DNA from: Lytechinus pictus
Lineage: Eukaryota
Length of the DNA stretch: 63,552 bases
Assembly (NCBI RefSeq): GCF_037042905.1
Contig: NC_087247.1
Span: 25,234,449 to 25,298,000, forward strand
Reading direction: 5' to 3'
The first letter of the stretch is position 1, and every line of letters begins with the position of its first letter. A model generated the notes under the pieces. It made no database searches. It was not told the DNA's origin and saw nothing but the letters and a program-made list of their open reading frames with translations. Positions 53,101-63,552 of the stretch are shown piece after piece. Made by a program: the position numbers and the translations under genes.

Positions 53101-53946
53101 TGTTTACCATTGTGGCTACCATCTCCATATTCCATCATAGTTCAGTAGATTTGTGAACATGCACAAAATATACTATGTAACTCATGTCTACAGTTGAAAT
53201 CCCCATTTTTCATTCCAGCTCGAATATGTCATTTGGAATTAATGTTAACACACATCCAGTTTCCTCAAAACATTGTTCTAAAAAATCATGCTCATAATAC
53301 TTGACTTATGCTCACACTATAAAATAACAGTCAAATTGGTTGATGATCAGTTGTGTGACCATCTTGACTGTTCTAAAAAGAATTACTGAGATCATTTCTT
53401 CTTCCACAGATCTACTGGATGGTCTTCAGCCACCGACTGGTTTGGCTTTATTGTTCAACAGTCTCCTTTATTTAAAAAAAAAATCACCCAACCATCATTG
53501 ATTATTTTTACTGACACTCCACTGTTGATCTAGTATGAGAGCATCTTTAGAATGTTTTAAAATAGAATAAAAAATGGTCCTGTCAGTAGGCTATCTTATG
53601 TAGATGATAAGTCATTGGCCAAAATATTGTTTATATTTTTATATCTTCAAGGAAAAATCAACAGGAGAAAACAAACAGAGAGCCACAATGCCACTCTTAT
53701 CTATATAGCTTTTCGCTCATTTATAACAAAAGCATAGTTTATCATGAACAGGAACAATTAACAGCAGTTTCACAACAAAATCAATTAATTAGGTTTAACC
53801 TAAGTGGTGGCAAAACTCTTTCAGTGAAAATAATATTTTACCACTTCCAAGGACAATCAATAATTAACAGGTGTCATTGAACTAATCACCTCTTGTTTTG
53901 CACAATGTGGGTCAAATGGATACCATGTTATGGTATCAGCATTGAC

Positions 53947-54537
53947 TTAAAGGAGAATGAAACTCTTGGAGCAAAATAGCTTTTGTGAAAGCAGAAAAAT
54001 CAAAGAATAAGATCAACAAAACTTTGAGTAAAATAGGACTAGCAATAAAAGAGTTATGAGCATTTGAATGTCGAGATCACTAATGCTATGGAGATCCTCC
54101 CATTGGCAATGCGACCAAGATCTGTGATGTCACACACGTACAACTCTCCCATTTGGACACTGAAAATATACCCCAAAACATCTCTTTTTGCTTATTCTAA
54201 TCATATGACAAACGATTCATCAATGATATAATGTTGTGAAACCTCTGTACTTGTCATCTCATAAAGAGAACACCTCACCTTGTGATAGACTCTATAAAAA
54301 TGAGAATATAAGTGAAATAAGTACTAAAGTAATGAGGGAGTTGTACGTGTGTGATATCACAGATCTTGGTCGCATTGCCGTTGGGAGGATCTACATGGCA
54401 CTAGTGATCTCAATATTCGAATGCTCATAACTTTCTTATTATTCATTCAATCTTCCTCAAACTTTCAACAATATGTTTCTTTGATTTTTCTCTTTGATAT
54501 GGATTCAGCTGGTTTCAAGGGTTTCATTCTCCTTTAA
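53947..54537. mobile_element. Second TTAA-AGG (Kolobok/T2-type) MITE family with ~200-bp arms
   Basis: TTAA|AGGAGAATGAAAC ... GTTTCATTCTCCT|TTAA. Inner arms (~54050-54150 / 54336-54435) are near-perfect inverted repeats. Confidence 0.92.
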
Positions 54538-55514
54538 ATATATTTTTAGATTTAAAGATACCATACATGCTACCTGGCTATGTCAAAATCTAGTGCAGAT
54601 CAGATATATCATAAACTGGTACAATCCAATTATGATGGCATAACCTGCCATGCTTGGCTGCAATCTAATCCTTACTCAGATGTTGAATTTAGAAACATTG
54701 ATTTTGGGTAGTCCTAATTTGATATACAAGCATATATATTTCACATTAATGAAAAGAATAAAAAACTGGGAAAATTAGTAAAAGCAATAAGAAATTAGCA
54801 GGCAAACTGTCGGTAGAATTGTCTTAATATTGCTTTATCTTGCCTCATCTTTTCATTAAAGAGTTATTTACGCTGAGGGTTTATGGTTTCCTATTTAACA
54901 TGAATTTACTTATGTTATCATCTCTTACAGTGAAACAATAGAAAAACATATTTATTGGTATGTAAAAATCAAAAAGGAAAATTCATACGACTCAACTACA
55001 CTATAAATATTGGGAAGTATCTGCTCAGATGTGCAGTAATCGATGAAAAGATCTATGGATCTAGATTGTTTTGGTCCCTACTGAGAAGCATCCTATTGTC
55101 ATTAGGTAGTTGTGGAGGCAACTCAAGTACACTCCTCTTGTTCCCTTTGTAGGTGTAACAAAGGCATTATGAGAAGATTTTGACAGCTGGATGTCAAGAG
55201 TGATCTTTTTTGCCTAACAATAAAAACAGGGGATGAGATAAAAACTTCAGGTGCCTATCAAAGTGGAGAATACAGACTTTTTCATAAGAAGCCTTTCTCG
55301 TCCCTCTGATGTCATCATGTGAATTCACAATTAAATCTAGATATACCAGAATACAATGCTACTGTATGGACCAAGCTGTTAGAAAGTAGAAGAACTGGAA
55401 GATGTTCATCTTAAGAAAGACTGGCAGTTTTGATTTTTGTTTGATTTTTTTTTACTCCTAACATAATTTCATCATATAAGCACCAATAGACCAATCCCTT
55501 TTTGAGAATGCTAA

Positions 55515-55733
55515 GGGGGTGTTGCAAGAAAATATTTGCAATCAATTGCAAATATTCTGTTGCATTTTTACAATTGATTGATCACTTTTAACTATAGCAA
55601 ATCAGATTGCACTCCTCTTTTCATGGAGCAGATTAGCAATGTATCGCAAATTTGCAATTAATTGCATGGCATATGCTTGATTTTGGGAAAGAAAATAGAC
55701 TTGCAATTGATCGCAAGTTTCTTGCAATGCCCC
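55515..55733. mobile_element. Short MITE (possibly Harbinger-like)
   Basis: GGGGTGTTGCAAGAAA..TTGCAATCAATTGCAA / TTGCAATTGATCGCAAGTTTCTTGCAATGCCCC. Confidence 0.65.
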
Positions 55734-58004
55734 ATTAAGAATACCTTGCAGAAGGGATCTATTTCCATATGTGCACATTTTATGCCTCAGTTGCACCTTT
55801 CATAATGGATTTTTTTAGTTTGTTAAATTGATTGGCAAGCAGTAAAATCAGGTCTTGTTTGACTGCAATACGAATTAGGAATATGTCTTTAAGTCACAAT
55901 TAATTCAATTGGAATCAGGCTTTCGCTATGTTTCTCTGTACCGCAGAAGACTTCAAGCGATTTTCTCAAATAACAGATGAATTACCGATCGATGAATGTG
56001 AAACATGAATGAATAATACACATAGCAGGAAGTGAGGATCAGATGGAATGATGGGTCAAATCAATACATGTTTATTTCAGATCAATAGAATTGATCAAAA
56101 TTAACAAGAATGTATTTGTAAGTCAGGGATAAAATCTCCGAACATGCACCTGCTTAATAGCCAGAGGTAAAGGAGCTGCATGGGACAAATAATCTCAGCT
56201 AAGCTTTCAAATGTATCTTTGCTAGACGTTGGATATTTGAGAGAATTCAGAAAAAATTCTAACAAATAAGTATGCTCCATGGATAATATTTTCACTGATA
56301 TGCAGCATTTCACTACCACCATCCCTTCTAAACATGGAAATATACAACTGCACTTATATAAAATATTTGTGGGTAAAATATATGAGACCACAAGGAAAAT
56401 GGAAAATACAGTTATAAAAAATAGATGCAAAACATATACTAGAAACATCTTATTTATTTTTGCTAAGAATTAAAAGCTAATAAAAGCAGACCTAGAACAA
56501 CTTCCCCAGGAGAACTCCGTCTATGGTTTTGTAGGAGATGCTGTTTGGAGAAAAAGAACTCTACATAAATAGGTCTTTTCCAGGTGAGATCTGTTCTACA
56601 AGGACAATTTTGGCAGAACCTCAACAGGGGGACATGTCCTGTTGGTCCCAAAGAAAGCAAATTCACATTCTGCCATATTATGAAATATTTCAAATAAGAT
56701 TTCTTACTCGTATTCAGAATGGAAAAAAAGGTGATAATACACATCTGTCCTTCTCGAGGATTTAACCTGTATTGCTTCTATTATGTTGCCAGCAGAGTTG
56801 CATTCACTTCATTGCTAACAATTAATGATAAACAATCCCATGTAATTAATTAGAAGACAATTAAGTTACAGACATAATGTTGCTCACATTAACATCTAGA
56901 TAATTCTGTCTCGCGCATGACATGTGATGCGACAAGGCCACACAATGACAACTTTGTCAAAGGGTAAGAATGTTAGAGGCTACACCCTTGTCTACATACC
57001 ACTACCCTGTAGGGTAGATCTGGGATTTCATTATACATGAGAACAAAAGCTTGGTTGATCTCCACAGAATTTGACAAGCGAAAGAAATATAAAATAAATT
57101 ATTGCACTTTCCATTCCAAACTTTAAAAGGGGCATTTTTTTATATAAGGAGGTTGTCAATGTACAATTTTGGCCAAGAAGGGGGGTCACAGGCTCATTAT
57201 GATCCGTACCTGCTGTTACAACATGCACTTAAGCATAATTTGATGCATCAGACTCATATACCCATTGATCAGAGTCTAGAACAGAGGTTACAAAAAGGAC
57301 CGTAGACTTTGTATGCACAACTATAAACATACGGCAATAACTGGAAAAATGTGGTTATGAGACTGGCTTTGATTTCATATCAAATGTTGCACTTCTCGCT
57401 CAAAAAAAAAATGACGTAATTTCAGCCAAAAGAATCATACCATGGTACTGATGGGTTTTAATTCCTTTCTTCTTGATATGTCAACATCTACTGCTGATTA
57501 TGGCTATGGACTATGGATAATGGCAAATTTGTATATTGTGCTAAGTGCAAAACTAGCTTGTAACTTGAAAATTAGTATTTGTCACATAAGTAGCAAAAAT
57601 GCCCCGTTTATGAAATTTGTGCATATTGTGCATAATTGTTCTTTCACAATTACAAATACCATGGTACTAAGGGTGCTTTTTCGTCTTCTACCCTAACATG
57701 ATGCCCTAATGTGAGCTCTGACACCGAATGTTGATAATGCACTGATGCCCTGTTCAAATGTTTGGTACCAAAACTTTTTTTCTGTTTATGCCAGCAATTT
57801 AGTTTACAACTCTCTATCAATTCTTCAACATCTACTACTGATAACAAAGCAGCATCCATCATGGAGTGTATAAAAAACTGTCAGGACACTTTATTATTTT
57901 TGGACACTTTATTATTTTTCTAAATATCAGATAATGATGGAATATCCTTCCATCACTAAATAACCAAGACTCCGTTTTACAAATATCCGAGTATGTAAAG
58001 GGGA

Positions 58005-58195
58005 ATGGTGGAAGCTCAACAGTAGAGTATATTTACCTCATGGTTTCGATCCTCCAGCCAAGTCATATATCAAAGACTTATCAAAATGGCTCAGCATTTA
58101 GATTAGAGTAGGGGAATAACAACTTCTCAGGTTATGCAGAGTCAGCTGGTAACTCACTTTCATTATTTAAGTGGCTATCTTGGGGTAAAACATTT
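58005..58195 (+). mobile_element. Degenerate copy of the 23241 SINE family
   Basis: Shares CCAAGTCATA..CAAAGAC..CAAAATGG, GCTCAGCAT, GTTATGCAG..CAGCTGG, AAGTGG.TA and GTAAAA blocks in the same order. Confidence 0.55.
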
Positions 58196-58433
58196 TTATC
58201 ATTTCATACTATTTATCTAAAAAACATTAATTCTATGACAAATTCATCAATCAATTGTTCTGATTTCAGAAGCTTAGAAGAGTATTTTGTAAAGTGTCAA
58301 TGATAAAAAAATTATGTGATACTAGGATTAACTTAAGCAAATTCAGCTTTAAGTACATTTAGCTGAATACAAAGTCAATTTTTACATTCTGTAGATTATT
58401 TCAGATATAAAGGCTACTAAAGCACAAGAAAGG

Positions 58434-58732
58434 AATAATAATAAATATACAGTTCTTGTATAGCACATATCACAATTATGAATAATGTCTCCATGCGCTT
58501 CCAAAGGACTTGGATATTATTACCCCAGCTGTAGCTTGGCAGCCATAATTACTAAGATTACAGCGCACATGCATTTCAAGGAATCAATTCCTGCCAGGTA
58601 CCCATTCACCTCACCTAGGTTGAGTGCAGCGCAATGTGGATAAATTTCTTGCCGAAGGAAATTACGCCATGGCTGGGATTCGAACCCACGACTCTCTGTT
58701 TCAAAGTCCGGAGACTAATCCACTGGGTCACA
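58434..58732 (-). mobile_element. tRNA-derived SINE with L2-like tail
   Basis: Minus strand: A box TGACCCAGTGG (58730-58720), B box GGTTCGAATCCC (58686-58675), central AGGTGAGGTGAATGGGTACC, 3' GTGCTATACAAGAACTG plus (TTA)n. Confidence 0.85.
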
Positions 58733-58760
58733 ATAGACACAATAGACCTTCAACTCTACG

Positions 58761-58978
58761 GCCGGTATTCTCAAATGAGGTTTCAAATGTACTTGGTACA
58801 AAACCATTAATTGTGCAGATTTCTTTTATTATTGCGCTTTCCTCTTAGTACCCTTTGCCAAAAGCACACATTTTTTTTTATACACAATAAAATAAGCGCA
58901 ATTATGTAAAAAAAAAAATCTACATAGTCCATGGTTTTGTGTCATGGTACAGTTCAAACCTCTTTTGAGAATACGGGC
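58761..58978. mobile_element. Short MITE
   Basis: GCCGGTATTCTCAAATGAGGTTTCAAATGTAC / GTACAGTTCAAACCTCTTTTGAGAATACGGGC (~28 of 32 inverted match). Confidence 0.75.
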
Positions 58979-60517
58979 AAACATGCATTTGGAGACCAGT
59001 AGAAAGGGCAGGTGGATCTAAATGGAGGTCTGGTATGTCACCTCAAGTCAAGCCCCAGTGATCTGAAGATGGGATTGGCACCTCTGCAGACTCAGTGATC
59101 AATTATCCAATGCATTCAACGATAGTCATTATCACTTTGCCAGGAGCATCACCTATAACACAAGGTAGACGTGTGTCTAATGAGCCATGGACCGTTGTCA
59201 ATTATAAAGATGGGAAGGGCAATAGAGTCATATGACAATACTACATGAAAATGTTTTTCAGTACAGGTAGAGGCCTACTTTAACAAGAGTACTTGTTATT
59301 TTCATTGTAGGATACCACAATTCATATAAAGTGTTTTGCTCTACATGTATATCCCAATTTCCATGAAATGATTGTGTGGTTTTGTTGTTTTATAATGAAG
59401 AAGGGGAAAAATTACATTAGGTCTAAATGGCAGTAAAGTTCATAAATCGCTTGCTCACAAAAATTGTCTGGAACATCCTCCTTGACAATGTTACATTGAC
59501 AGTAAGATATTGTATTTTGGTATATAAAATATACTCATTTAGTTTACATTGAGTATATTCCCAATTAAATCATTTCATATTGATCTTAGAAAATATGATG
59601 ATGACATCATACATTATTTAAGACTTTATACAGGGAAATTACTAATACAAATCTAGTTGGACAATTTTGTACGAAGGTGTCCTCTATCCATACATGTGTT
59701 GCATGGAGAACATACTGGGTCAAAACCACTATCTCGGCGCAATTGGAAAGTCAACAAATCAGAAAAATAAACTTTGTCCAACACATATCATTTAATTGTG
59801 AAAAGAATGCATGTATTGTCAAGTTAATATCCGTTGATTATTGGCTTTTGAATTTTGCTGATTGACTCAATTTTCACGTTTTCGTAATGACATGTATAAT
59901 TCAGTGTGAAACCTACGTTACAGAGCATTACACCTTTAATAGTCGTGGTGAAATCTATTTCTATATATTGAGTAGAACTTATTTGCCACTTCTGAAATAA
60001 TCAATTTGGTGCCAAAAATTGTACGATAATGGTCTATTACTTCCCTTGAGTTTGATTGCGAAAACCACTGAGGGGAATTGAAGTTTGAAAACATTAATTT
60101 CTATAAAAAAATGTGACTGTCAAAATCATGATTTGTATCTTTTTACTTCGAACAATAAATCTGAAAAATAAAGGTAAGATTTAATCATTTATAAAGTCAT
60201 GTAATGATTAAGTTTACAGGATGTTCATCAAATTCAACGAACGGGCAGCATGTAATATGTAATTGTCTCATTAAATATGGTAACGTAGGTTTCATGAAAG
60301 GTAACGTAAATTACATGTTATAAAAATCTGAAAATAACTACGAAGGTTTAGAATTGTATGCACGAAAATAATTGAAAGTTGATTGGTTACATTCTCAAAC
60401 AATATCATGAAACTAAATGGACCCAACTATTATCACAAAATGGTTTTAATCCACGGGAAATTTAGATTACATGGTGCTCAGAATATGGGCATTTTATATT
60501 CAAATGTAAAGTGCCAG

Positions 60518-61185
60518 ACATGTGGAAGTGAGTGATAATCAAAACGCGGTAAGTTGTGTTTTCAGATAATGGTATTTATATCAACTCCCTCTTTCTGTTT
60601 GCAATTTTAATTAAATGTAGAGAGTGAAAATTAGAAATAAAGTTACTTTGAAAAGAGTAACGTATGTTACTTTAATATCTGACAATGCTAAACAATTGTC
60701 CTACCACAACTAACATTTAAAATCTGCTAGTTTGGATGAAATATAACACCAATGTGCCAAGAAATTGCAATTGCAACTTTAAAATTTAACTATTTACAAG
60801 TCTTTTTGAACTTTACCAAGGTATGAAATACTGAAAGTGTGGAAGAACTATAACACCAATTTGAAATTGTGAATAAAGTTAAACTATAACTCTTATAGAT
60901 CAACTATACGTCAAACATATATGGAAATGTGGTTGATCATCAAAACGTGGTTACCTTTATTTTCCCGATGACTTTTATATCAATTCCCCATTTTGATTAC
61001 AAATTTTGAGTACGTTTACATAGCGAAAATTACTAATAAAATTATTTTGAAAAGAGTAACGTATTTTAACTTCAATATTTGACAATGTAAAACAATTATT
61101 TCATCTCAGCTAACATTCAAGATCTGAAATTGTGGATGAACCATAAAACCTAATGTGCAAAGAACTCGCAACTTAAAAATTCAAC
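60518..61185. repeat. Old ~400-bp-period direct duplication
   Basis: ATCAAAACG, TTTATATCAA, TTTGAAAAGAGTAACGTAT, TGACAATG.AAACAATT, CTAACATT and TGGATGAA occur in the same order at ~60540-60770 and ~60940-61170. Confidence 0.75.
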
Positions 61186-61780
61186 AATTAGCCTTTTTGA
61201 GCTATAAGCAGTATAACTATACTATGGACTGTTGATTTGCATTCCGAAGAAGGTGTAATGAAAGTTGAAAGAGAGAGATGAAATGAGGAAAAGGGAGATT
61301 GCAGTAAGTAGATACAAGATGAAAAACAAGAAGAAATTAACCCCCCCCCCCATTATTATATTCCAAATCTTATTAAAAGGTGTCGCGTTTATCTGATATC
61401 AACAACTTCTTGACACAAATATGCCTTATACTGCTATTCATATTTTTTTCTTCTCTTTCATTACAAAAAATATTAAGGTATATATACATATATTTTTTTA
61501 AAGAAGGCAATTATATAAATTGATATATATATAAAAGAAATTTGAGGGAAGGAAATCAACAATAATACATTTGATAAACCGATATACGCCCCTCCTTTAT
61601 ATTGCGAAAAATAAAATTTGATCATGGGCTTGGGAAAAATCTTAACTACATGTACATGCACTCCAAGGTGGATAACTTTTTCTTCACTTTTAGAGTGGTA
61701 TTTGACTTTAAGTTTGCTTTTATCGTTTAATGGATATTTATGCCACACAAACTTTCACAACTGAAAGAATTACTGATCGT

Positions 61781-61912
61781 TTTTCTTGCAATTTCTTTTA
61801 CTGACATTGCTATTGTTTAATACCTGTAACCAGCCATGCACTGACTGATCCATTTCTTGCAATTTTCTTTTACGGACATTGCTATTGTTTAAAGCATTTA
61901 ACCATCCATGCA
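61781..61912. repeat. ~70-bp tandem duplication
   Basis: TTTCTTGCAATTT..TTTTAC.GACATTGCTATTGTTTAA...AACCA.CCATGCA occurs twice. Confidence 0.8.
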
Positions 61913-63552
61913 TGACTGTTCACATGAAAATGTCATGTCATACTGGAAGAGGAATATTTTCTTGTCCGGTTGACATAAATATGGAATATTTTAACTTTTA
62001 TAAGTGTCCAAGAACTTTTTTTTGCCGATTGTAGTATTAAAAACTCGGTACCAAATCCTGAAACCTACGTTACTATAATTTGAAACCTACGTTACTATAA
62101 TGAGGTGGATAAAATATTAGCATATGAACTTTGTTATATACCTTAATTCAACCAATTGAGAGAGATCTTATTTTTAAAGAATATTGGCAAGTATAAATGT
62201 AAGAAATGTATAGACAGTGCAGCAAAATACCGAATCTTTTAAAGAGCTAGTTTTATCTTTAAATATTTCATGAAAATAAAAATTGAACGGAACATAAACA
62301 ATGCTTGAAGTGATAGTAATTGTACTTTTTTTCTTTTTTTTGTTCCCGAAATTCCACTGGTAATGAAATTGAATGTAGTACTAGCTTATTATAAACATAA
62401 AGTTACAATTAGCAAGATTAAATCCCCTTATATCATCTTTGTATGGGAGAACTTCTATTTTGAAACATACGTTACTAGAGTTGAAACATACGTAACATCA
62501 TTATTACTAGCTTCCAAGGTATAAAATATCGATTTAAGAGTAATTTCACATTCTTAAACTTTTGTTTGATTTTCTACCACTTCTTAAGAAGCCCTTGACT
62601 AATGGTTGCACCTTAAATACACTCAAATATTTAGAGGAGTAGAACCTTTAAAAATTTTGATGGAATCGAATACTTACTAGTCAGCTTGTGATGCAAGGGA
62701 TTAGAAAAATGGGACGAGATCCACCATAGACTTGTAAAAAGTTGTTGCTTAGCTATATAGGCTTTCTGAGAATGATCGTAGATGGCTCATCTTCGTTATA
62801 TATCGAGAAAATTTCTTTTAACGCCAAAAAGGCCGAGGTCTGCACATACGGTAACGTAAGTTTCACAACGTAAGTTACATGATGGAGTAAATAAATAGTT
62901 GCTGATCCAAAATTGCTCTTTGCAAGTATGATTTCGTTGGCCCTCTGACTTTCCTTTTATCAATGCTAACTGCTGATATACATATCAGCATCTAAAGTCT
63001 ATACACATTTCCCCAAAACGGTAACGTAAGTTTCATCTCTTAACGCTACGTTTCTATAAATTGCATTTAGTTTGGTTTTGATAAGATAATTCTTATACTT
63101 AGGAATGGGAGTACATATGTATCATTTCTTATCATATACCCGAGGTGTCAAATAAATAAAAATAAACATATTTACGATGACATAGAGTAATTAATTATTG
63201 ATCTAAAATACGGTAACGTAAGTTTCACTACATTTGGGGACACATTTGGTTTTATCCGCATGTGAAAACAAAACATTTTTATCAAAAACTTTTGATTGTA
63301 TTTTGTGGAGGGATCACTTATATGTATATTAATTTAGTTTTAGGGCAGTTGCTATTTACTTTATTTTGGCAAGATACAGAAATTTAGAAAATATATGACC
63401 GGCGACACGCTGTTTTTCACTATTACAACGGATGGGTTTGCTAATTTCTCATTATATACCAAAAGAAGGTCAATAATATGACTTTCTTTTTAAAGAATGG
63501 ATCTCATATAATAAATAGAATAGCTTAACTCGACCATTCTATATCGATTTTA

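Larger units (their letters stand above)
59907..63227. repeat. Zone of dispersed TGAAAC(C/A/T)TACGTTAC motifs, probably foldback-type transposon derivatives
   Basis: Forward copies at 59907, 62059, 62081, 62461, 62482. Reverse copies at 60280, 62851, 63021, 63213. Partial copies at 60301, 60657, 61056, 62866, 63041. Confidence 0.75.

Noticed and set aside
58660-58732. tRNA gene (also 23241 and 38960-39026)
   Set aside because: A/B boxes run into SINE bodies and tails, with no complete cloverleaf.

Overview
Eukaryotic, AT-rich, essentially non-coding DNA that reads like a very large intron or gene desert. The repeat families (TTAA/AGG MITEs, poly-G-ended MITEs, Tsp/HINE-like tandem-repeat elements, tRNA-derived SINEs with L2-like tails, many long poly-C/G runs) resemble those of sea urchins such as Lytechinus. 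That assignment is inference from pattern recognition. No ORF in the track resembles a known protein, and I found no rRNA, true tRNA, CRISPR array or transposase. The well-supported content is about 20 non-autonomous mobile elements, several with verifiable TIRs and TSDs, plus microsatellites and local duplications. The most notable structures are: (1) a 1.58-kb LTR-like insert flanked by a perfect 162-bp direct duplication (12505-14409); (2) a Helentron-like element nested in the left TIR of a Kolobok-type MITE; (3) a 3.3-kb zone with at least 9 near-identical copies of a 15-bp motif, in pairs about 21 bp apart and in converging orientation (59.9-63.2 kb); (4) several exon-like units on the minus strand, plus RFX X-box and COE-like motifs suggesting a neural/ciliary regulatory landscape. 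I cannot claim a new biological system from sequence alone; the candidates below are ranked with tests.
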